Positions 12,251 to 21,358 of a DNA stretch of 64,000 bases are shown piece by piece; position 1 is the first letter of the stretch, and each line of letters opens with the position of its first letter. Under the pieces are notes generated by a model. That model had not been told where the DNA came from. It searched no databases and saw nothing but the letters and a program-made list of their open reading frames with translations. A program made the translations under genes and the position numbers. Origin of the DNA: Phallusia mammillata (lineage: Eukaryota); assembly GCA_965637545.1 (NCBI GenBank), contig OZ281500.1, forward strand, positions 3,224,001-3,288,000, in the 5' to 3' direction.

Positions 12251-13543
12251 TTTTATCACAGTTTGTTCTCTGCATCAGGCATTGAATAATTTTGAGAACT
12301 AATGGTGTCGAACAGGTGAAACAAATATTCGCTGAAACAATATCTGTTGTGCTACGAAGCGTTTTTGCACCCACGGGATTTTGTTCTGCAAAACTGAAGA
12401 AAAAGAGGTTGACCACATGTCCGAGTTCAACCAACCCAACAAAACGCAAATTTTCAACTTTCATGTGAAACTTTTTTTGGAGGCCTGCCGATGTATTTAT
12501 ATAGTTCGACATATTGTGTGCGTATAGGTGCGTATCGTCCATTTAGTAAACTTATGACAAGAACGCCAGTGGAGGGCGCAACCACCTAAATTAAAAGGTT
12601 CTAAAGTTGTTAGCAGTAAAAATTATGTAGTAGGCTATACACTTTCCTACCAACGTACTGTCAGTTTTATTGAACTACGTTTGGCGGTCAACAAAAGAGC
12701 CAGCAGCTATGGGTTAAAGTAAATTTTGCTAAATTTCATGATCAAAACTTAGTCAACGTTAAGGCAAATACCTGGAACAAAGTGATTTCAAAAATTAGAC
12801 TACATACACGACGGTAGTAAAAAAATGTCGTTTTTATTGCTTGTTTATTTAGACAACCTTCATTAGTTTGCAAAATACATCGCAAGCAATCATACAAGTA
12901 TAATTCGTGTTTGCAGCTGTGCAAACTTGCAAAAATGTCCAAAGCGACAAATACCTGTTCCATGACCTTTGCAGCATGCAAGGGCTGGCTATTCACAATG
13001 TACTTCGAATTGCAATTCCTCTCTCTTTACCATTCATTTTTCCAAGCACGACACGGGAAGTGCCTGGTGCGCGTAACAAGCAAAGCAAGAAACTGTTTTA
13101 TTACATCACATTCAATCACCCCGCACACAAATCCATTCAACAAACAAACCGATTAGTTTTTGAGGTTATCCAAGGGACGGCAATGACTTGGCATGGATTT
13201 TGTAGACAGGACTAACACAGGTAGCGCTTAATACATTGACAAGTAGATGGCCGTTCTATCGCCTGGAAAATTAAAATACGCTTTCCTTAAACACGAATAG
13301 ACAAATTTCAATCAAAAGTCTTCGAGCCAAAAGCACATATTTTATATTCATAAGAAATTTCATTGTTATCACTGCACCATAATTTTCGATTTCGCTGTTT
13401 TGGATTTTTGTTGTTGTAAAGTACCTCACCAATTTACTGCCATTGTTAATTGCATCATTGTGGCGATGCGACAAGTCCCATTTACCTCTCACATCTCAAT
13501 GACGACATTGCTCATAGTTTGGATGTTATAGAAATATGAAATC

Positions 13544-13790
13544 TACAGCCCGCGCTACCTGAGGTAAATGTGGCCACATATTAAAGGCTTTACGGCCCGC
13601 CGACGTTTAAAATTAAAATAAAGAAAGTTCCACTAATTTAGTGTAGTGTTTTTTTCACATTTTGTACTAATAGCTTTTAGCTCAATACGAGCGTGTTTGC
13701 ACACTAGTGTCACCTTGTTTCATGTAAATGTGCAGCCAGCGGTCTAATTATGTTGTATGTATTTGAATTATTCCAGTTGCACACCCCCTG
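13544..13790. mobile_element. Degenerate hAT-like MITE remnant
   Basis: Right end GTTGCACACCCCCTG resembles the hAT TIR; internal GTGGCC/CGGCCCGC motifs. The left TIR is poor. Confidence 0.25.
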
Positions 13791-14532
13791 ACTGTACACG
13801 GCTTTCCAATACGATTTGAATAATGGCTGCAGTGTCAATTGTAGAAGCCCGATACGCCTAAAAAGCGCCTATTATTACATCCACAGTATTAATTAAACGT
13901 TTTGCCTAAAATTGAAATTCTTTATGCAGTTGTGTCTATTTTCCATGATTCTGGCGCATATACGTTTTAACGTTCGTTGGACTGAAACACTTTCGTTTAT
14001 AAAAATAACGAGTTAATAAAATGTATTGACTGTTAAACGCATTTTTAACGATTGAGGGAGTTTGCAAAGTTCAACTCCGCATAGTTAGTAACAATAAATA
14101 CAAACTTTCGGACTTGCGCTGGAGCTGCAAAAAGTTGGTGTTAATAACTTAAACAGCGTTGTGTTCTCTTCTTTATAATACGCAGTATTTTAACAAATAT
14201 TTCTGTTTGATGCTTTATTAAACTTGGCACATTTAAAATACGATTATTCAGGGTTGGCTGATTATCTGTTATACCGAATAAAAAGTTTTACAAGTTTGAC
14301 CAGTTGGTGTCCTTCAATATAGGACACCAACTGTGTACAATCCATTTTGAAAAAATTAGCTTTAGTTGCCAGCAAATGTCAATAAGTTTTCGGGAATGTT
14401 ATGGCTGCTCAATTCGAGGCTTTGCAAAAAAATGTTCCTTTACCGCGTGCACCTTTTTCGGTTGCGTCATTCTTGCCATTTATATATGATTCCAAGTGAC
14501 AGAAATGACTTAGTTGCCTTTAGTAAGGCAAG

Positions 14533-15702
14533 ATGAATGTTATGTTTAGAATCGCACTTCTCTTGGCAGTTGTTAGTATGGCATGTAGTCATGACAACCA
14601 CAAACAAAATTATTTGGTTTGTCGGCCGCTTGACAGCTTGTTTGAGCAACAACCTACAAGTTCTTTAAACCAGTCAACCTTAAGGGGTCCACCAGGCAGG
14701 CCAGGTAAACGCGGGCCTAGAGGAGAGCAAGGTATGCAGGGCCAGCCTGGTCCGATTGGACCGCAGCCATTGATAAATTGGACTCAAATCGACAACCGTA
14801 TAACTGAAATAATAAATGGTAAGACATGTATCCAACCTTGTCTGTTGTAAAGAATGAAACTGTGGCCAGAATTCTTGTCAACAAAATCGTATTTCCAAAC
14901 TTTAAAATAGATATTTATCTGGTCAATGCTACCGTAGCATTGCACATAAAATGACACTCAAATGTTTTAAAATTAATTTCTTAAACATGCACATAAATAC
15001 CGAATTATTCAGGGGCTGCTCTTGTAACGCTAGTCGTCAAACGTAATGTTTTTTCTTCATTTGCAGAAAAACGAATCTGTACGGGAATCGTGTACAGAAA
15101 TCATTGCTACTGGCTACCGCATACTGTTGCAAAATTCTATGGTACCGGAGGAAAGTCGCCAGCTGCAAACGTTTGCAGTTCGTACGGGGCCACATTGGTA
15201 GACATAGAGACCGAGGAAATGTACAATGTACTCTACATCTACATACAGAAAGCTTGGGTGGCGTACATTGATCGACCCACAAACGATTATGTTGACGTGT
15301 GGCTGGCCACAACTTACAGGGTAGGGTTAACATTACAAATTTCACAGTTTTTTGAGGGCGAAAAATTGTTGCCGATAGTGTAATCTCAATAAAATTAACA
15401 AAATGTATTACTTATGGAAAAAAATAGTCACGTTTATAAGAAATTGTGATTTAGTGTAAGTATTTGCAAATTAAGCTTCTTTTATGTTGCCACTAATCTT
15501 AACAAAATTGACTTGTTAGAACGGAAATGCGGTAAGTTCCAGAGGTGGGAATGTTTATACACGATGGTATAATGGCCACCCTGGCAGTGATACTGGCATC
15601 GGATGGATTGTGTCGACCGAACCTGGGAGAGTTGCGCCTTACATCGGTATGCACACAACCAGCGAGACGTACTCACGCCCTGTGCCGTTTTGTCGCCTGT
15701 AA
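14533..15702 (+). CDS. Collectin-like protein copy B (signal peptide, short collagen, neck, C-type lectin domain), apparently intact
   Basis: Exons 14533-14818, 15067-15320 and 15520-15702 (phases 1 and 0). Signal peptide MFRIALLLAVVSMACS; about 9 Gly-X-Y triplets; CTLD motifs CYW, VCSSYGATLVDIET, VWLA and terminal PFCRL*. Confidence 0.85.
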
Positions 15703-16470
15703 AGTAAATTGGCTTCTGATGGATTTTGTTAAAATGCCCAACAATTTGAAACGTTTTGTCAGTGATCATTTGTACAAATCATTAATTACGTGTAGCCTAC
15801 ATGGCAAGATTATTGTTTTCAGTCTGAAAATTCAGGCACTATATGTTAAAATCAATTTTGAGTTTATAATCGAAAATGTATACATATGCTTGATAATATT
15901 AATCACACATTACCGCAACTAGGTAACCAAAGTCGATTTGCAATGAACTGTTAAACTCTTAAAATGTTTTTGTTTAATTAAAACCCCGTGTGTCGGCCTT
16001 GTCGCTGTTGTAGAAACAAGTTCAAAGTGTAAGAAATAAACGGTTGGAATCATGCACATAAATTGTTTTGTGGATATCGTTTTATTGCTTTTAACCAAGA
16101 GTCGCGCCTTATTATGAAAAACAACTTATAAACAAACTTATTATTAACGTTACTATCAAGTAGAGTGATAAATAGCCTACAAATGCGTGTTGTAAAAAAA
16201 ATTTATAGTCACAAAGTCGGGTCAGTCGGAAATAGGTTTCACAACTGCAAGAGTCCGAAGGCCAGCATTGCGCCATACACAAATCGTGGTTAACAAGACT
16301 GATATAAAGACGATCAACTACAGGCAAGAGTAACAGCATTAAAATTTTTAACAATGGCGTGTCATGGTCTCCAAGGCAAATTAATGTTTAGGAAAGTTGT
16401 TGCAACACATGTTTGGGGCTAAGAACTTGTGTGAGTTTTATTGTTTGCCCAACGTAAAAAAAATCAATAT

Positions 16471-16575
16471 TACAATTATCTTTACACGACCAGGTAGCTA
16501 CAATTATCTTTACACGACCAGGTAGCTACAATTATCTTTACACAACCAGATTACAATTATCTTTACACGACCAGA
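16471..16575. repeat. Tandem repeat, about 4 x 25-28 bp
   Basis: Unit TACAATTATCTTTACACGACCAGGTAGC at 16471 and 16499, with shorter variants at 16527 and 16552. Confidence 0.9.
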
Positions 16576-16699
16576 TGCTTGGTGACCGGCTGATTCGGTA
16601 TGGCGCCTTTTAATGGGCCTGGCGTATACTGTAATCCGTGTGCGACCCCGTTATAGGTTACAACTATGTTTACATGGATTTCCCTACCGACGGGGCAAA

Positions 16700-17070
16700 T
16701 TGCAGTGTTCATTTGCAAGTTGTGAATTCGACAATGGGAAATTTGCTTGCGATTGCAACGATGGTTTCGAGTTAGATAGGAAGCAGACAAATTACGCAGA
16801 CAATCACCAGTGTGACGTCAGACCGAGCAGTTATAATGAAATAGTAAAACATTTTTTCTTGTACGATCTTTAACAACCCAAACAAAAGGTTTCTCGTGCG
16901 ATGACGTGCACGAGTGTGGAAAAAGTGTTTAACAACCCAAAGACGGTTTCTCGTGCGATGACGTGAACGAGTGTGAATTGGACCGTACGCCCCGTGCACA
17001 ATCACCGTCGGTGGATTCGAGTGCTCTTGCGACAAAGGTTTCATCGACAACGGGGGGAGTTATACGCTGG
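16700..17070 (+). pseudogene. Decayed EGF / calcium-binding EGF module fragment
   Basis: CSFASCEFDNGKFACDCNDGFEL; then KGFSCDDVHECGKSV*QPKDGFSCDDVNECEL (internal duplication with a stop); then a frameshift into CTITVGGFECSCDKGFIDNGGSY and a GTGAGT donor. Confidence 0.6.
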
Positions 17071-17439
17071 TGAGTTGTTGTTTTTGGTTTAAACACTACA
17101 GTAGTTTGTGTAGTTTTTGGGGAAGCATCTTGGTTAAGTTAAGAACCTTGCTTTTTTATTGTTCTGACGCTACCAAAGCTTGTACTGTAGCCATTAACCT
17201 TTAAATAACAGTCTCTTAATGAACCTTTCTTTGTTGGCCCCTTAGCTGCAAGGTTGGCGGACATCAAGTTTAATGACGACCTTTCAATACTTTACGTGTT
17301 TTGTTTTTTCCAATCCATAGATTTTTTTATGTTATTAAACTTATGTAAATATTACATTTAGGTCGGTTTATATGCCATTGAAGGGCGTTTAATAGCATTT
17401 TTTGAAATTTAACTGCGATATGCTTATGCAATGGTAAGT

Positions 17440-17493
17440 TAGCCGCAGATAATGCACACTGTTTCGGTTCATAATGCTTCATCAGCGCAGCTA
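17440..17493 (-). ncRNA. Degenerate type I hammerhead ribozyme (family copy 1)
   Basis: Minus strand TAGCTGCG-CTGATGA-AGCATTATGAACC-GAAA-CAGTGTGCATTATC-TGCGGCTA. Stem I and the core are retained; stems II and III are decayed relative to the 46585 copy. Confidence 0.65.
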
Positions 17494-17606
17494 GAGACAA
17501 GTTCTAATTCCACAGTGGTTTGTGACAAGTTCTGGCACCAAAAACAGGTGGTTAGACATATACCGATTTGCTTGTAAGTCCCAAAACTGGCCAATGCCCT
17601 CCCACC

Positions 17607-17658
17607 AGCTGCACTGATGGGCCTAAATAAGTCGAAACAGACTGCACTCTATCCAGCT
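17607..17658 (+). ncRNA. Degenerate type I hammerhead ribozyme (family copy 2)
   Basis: AGCTGCA-CTGATGG-GCCTAAATAAGTC-GAAA-CAGACTGCACTCTATC-CAGCT. Core A9 is changed to G. Shares the upstream CCAATGC...CACCAGCTGCA with the other copies. Confidence 0.6.
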
Positions 17659-17854
17659 AGATTAAAATATATATGTGTGTTGTCATTGTATATTGCAATT
17701 ATTCTGACAATTTTTTACTTTTTTTCGCAGAGCAATCTTTCTTCTACGGTCTCATCCAGCTCAACTCAACCTTCACATTTCCCCTTCAACTCTCCAACTC
17801 ATCAAGTGAAGTTTTTTTTTTCAAGGTGTGTATTACTGTTGTATTGATTTACAA

Positions 17855-18930
17855 TTAAATATAAACTGTTTTGTTTTATTTTTCAGATCTTGCTGTTGAT
17901 TGGATGATGCTATTGTATTGTATCATTTTACCATAATTGAGCAAAAATTGTTATTGTTTCTCGCTGCAACTTTTAAAGGTAACTGTCATAACAAAACCTA
18001 TTTTTGCAGGTTACAAAAAAACATTTTGGCAGGTTTTCACAAAAACCAATTTTTCCAGGTTTTAACAAAACAAAAAGCCGTTTTGTTGGTTTTAACAAAA
18101 AGCCATTTTTGCAGGTTTTGACAACATTGTTTAACCGTTTTTTGCAGATTTTAACATTCTCTTTTTAGAATATGAACAATAACTTGTTTGTTTTTTGCAG
18201 CCTAATTATATTTGTTCCTTTGGTTTTCATAAAGTGTTTCACTTTTAGCTGTATTTTTTTTAGATTTGCCGGTTTTATGGCTTTTGGTATAAAAGTTAAA
18301 CTGTTGTTTTTTCAGGTTTTAGGGCTTTTCTTTTCAAAATGTAACCCATGTTTGGTTTTGCAGACTTGATAGGTCTTTTGTTTTAAACATTAAACCGTTT
18401 TTGCAGATTTTAAGGCTTTTATTTTCAACATGTAACTGTTTTTTTTGCAGGTTTTAGGGCATGCGTTTCAAAAATGTAACTGTTTTTTTGTTTTGCATTG
18501 CAGGTTTTAGAGTTTTTGTTTTCAATAAGTATAAAACTGTTTATTGTTTTGCAGGTTGTAGGGCTTTCATTATAAAATGTAACTGTTTTATTTTGCAGGT
18601 TTTAGGGCCTTTGTTTTAAACCCAAAACCACTTTTTGTAGGTTTACTGCTATTCACTTTTGTTTCTAATGTCAACGGTAATGGATTTAATTCGATTATTA
18701 AACGTTCTTTGTTTCAGGAATTTGTGGTTATGTCTTCTTTATTAAAAATTAACAGGTTTTGTTTTGCAGATTTAATGTTTTATGTTTCGCAGAGCACTGT
18801 TTTCAGTTGTAGGGTTTTAATATTTATTGCAGGTGTAGTTTTTTTCCGTTTTTGCAGGTGTAGGATTTTTCTTCTGTTTTTGTAGGTGTAGGTTTTTTTC
18901 TTCTGTTTTTGCAGTTGTAGGTTTTTCTTT
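17855..18930 (+). repeat. Degenerate T-rich minisatellite, roughly 25-50 bp units containing TTTTGCAGG
   Basis: Approximate consensus AACTGTTTTTTTGCAGGTTTTAGGGCTTTTGTTTTCAAAATGT, repeated many times and shortening to TTTTTGYAGGTGTAGG units near 18830-18930. Confidence 0.75.
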
Positions 18931-21358
18931 ACTCTTCCTTAACTGATCGTGCCATCTCGGTACATACTGTGACAGATCAGACAAGAGGTGCAGTGGACTG
19001 CACCAAGCGGCAGAAAAGCATGGACCCCGTACTTCAATGCACTGCTTCAGGTCACAGCTGAATGTCTTCACCAGGTTGTGAAGCTTTCTGACTTTGCTGA
19101 TCCTTGTACATACTGTAATAGACCACACGTGCAGCGGACAGTACAGTGGCAAAAGAGCATCACAGACATTATTTAGGTTTATTGCCAAGCACTAAAATGT
19201 TTTCATGTTTATTTGTTATGTGTTTCATCTCTAATTGTCACACTGACACACTTGATAAGCAATCCTGTAATCAAATCATGATCAGTTTTAATGTTGTCTA
19301 TACCACACAATAGCAGTCTGATGGACCAAATCTTCTGCATAGTTACATAACAATGCATTATTTTTTTTACTGTCATTCAGCTCATTTTCACTAATTTAGT
19401 GTTATCCTTGCACTTCATTTGTGTGAGTTTGTTGTATTTACCTTATTTGTTCATGCATATTTTACCCTCTTCAATATTTGATTGTCATTATTATCATTTT
19501 TGTCTGTTGTTTTTTACATATTTTTTAGTTTTGAAACTAATTTTGTCGTATTTATTTCATTGTGGAGTCGATACAATTATTTTGGTTTACTTTTGTGCCA
19601 ACATTTTTAAAAGTTTGTTTTAGAGCTTCCGATTAATTTAAGATGGTTTGTTAATGAATAGCAACCGTTGACAAGTTACAGATAAATGTGGATACAGTTG
19701 CTAGATTTAACTTAAGCAGGTAGTTATATAGACGGAAGTAACTATGAGAAAGTTTTAGTTCAGCTTTTCAGAGGTGGTGCAACTTTAGTCATATCTATGA
19801 CGTTTCGACCAGTGAATAATGTTGTGTCCGAATTATACCGGTTGAAACATAGCCTAACATGCTTTGTTTTTCACGAAGGGAGCTGTATTTTGTTCGTTTA
19901 GTGTAGTGAGCTGCTGCTGCTGCAATTGGTCGTACATAAAACGTTTCATTTCGTCAGAAAACAAATGGAAACGAGTAACCACTACGAAATGTCGCAATTG
20001 CGCGGGTGCGCGCTCTTGCACGCCCCACGCAAAACTGTCGCCACAAGTAGATATCGTCCCCACACAGTCGTCTAGCGGACATTGTCTGTTTCGTTCCGGC
20101 GTCATCGCTCAAAACGACTTAGCACCGAAGCGCAAGTCGCGACCAAGGACGCCCAACAAACAGTCGAGTTCCGTTATGTCCGGCGTTAGGTTGAGCGCTG
20201 AACATCGGTAAAACATCAGCTTGGCGTCGGGGACCGCATGATAGCGCGACACTTTGTGTTTGTGTGCTATGGGTTTCCAGTTTTAAGGTTCGAGTGAAGC
20301 TCGTTCTGCATGTTTGGCACGCGGAACGTCGGCTCGCCCCAGCTACGGCGCACTCCCTCGTCCAAGAGTAGAGCTAATACGTAGCTTGTTAGGGGTTATG
20401 GCACTTGCCCAACGACAAATAATAAGTCACGGCTGAGCAAAGTGCAAAGCAACTGTCAGGCAGTGACCCGTCTAGCCCGAAGCAACATGATTGCACCGTA
20501 CACAGCAGTTAACAGAAAACAATGAATTGCCCCTTTGACTTTTGCGTTAGGCTAGTTGTGGATGTGGTAGCCTACCTAATATTATTTTTACCTCCTTCCA
20601 GTTGCAAAAAGATTTTCGTTAGAGATAATTAATATTTCTTGTAGTTGTTGTGTCATTTGTTCACTCAAACACGAATATCATACACAGTAAAAATTCCTAG
20701 TAACTGTTGGTCGCTTTTCTGTTGAGCTTTCTTTACTTTTAGCGAATAGAGTGACGTTCAACTTACGGCTATTGCCAAGCGCACTAAGCACGGACAAACA
20801 ACATCGCACTTAACTTGCATCGATATGCCATAACCTTAAGCGACATCTGTTTATTTGCATTGGTAGTTTAAAGCATAAAGGTAAAAACACAAAAGCAAGT
20901 GTGCTGAAAAGACGGTCGGCAGCAAATCGAATATGCTTTATACACATGATCTAAATAATATTTTAACCACAAATGAACGTATTTCGCATCTAAAAAAAAC
21001 AGCTTGATATTTTCGAATTGCAAAGTAAAAACAATTAGGCCTAACATAAATTTGCAAAGACATCAAGCGTTTTGTTGGGACACTAGATAGACAGATACCA
21101 AAGGCACAATATGGTGTATTCTACACATTAGAAAAGGATTTGGCAGTGTGTTTGGAAATAAGAGACGAAATTAAAAACAAATAATTGATTAAGAATAGTT
21201 ATCTGGTCCTGGCTTGGAAAAACTTTGGTTTGTATGTTAGTTTAAGGGATTCAACTTAAAAAGTGCAAACGCAATAAGTTTCTAACAAGCTACTACTTTT
21301 AGTCGCAAGCACATTATAGCTATAATAAATGGTAACCAAAGTCAGCTTCAGTAGCACA

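Noticed and set aside
12204-13215. Several 80-112-aa ORFs, including LDIFASLHSCK (faintly DIRS-like)
   Set aside because: No continuous retroelement domain could be reconstructed; probably a decayed insertion of unknown type.
18817-19188. 123-aa minus-strand ORF with a YCPLHVW motif faintly like L2/Crack LINE C-termini
   Set aside because: Similarity is limited to a few residues, part of the ORF comes from the minisatellite, and no RT motifs are nearby.
19795-19815. Minus-strand GGTCGAAACGTC, typical of the 3' half of a Penelope hammerhead
   Set aside because: No CUGANGA half upstream; too short to call.
19938-19960. Minus-strand CTGACGA-AAT-GAAACGTT hammerhead-like core
   Set aside because: No stem II and no stem I complementarity.
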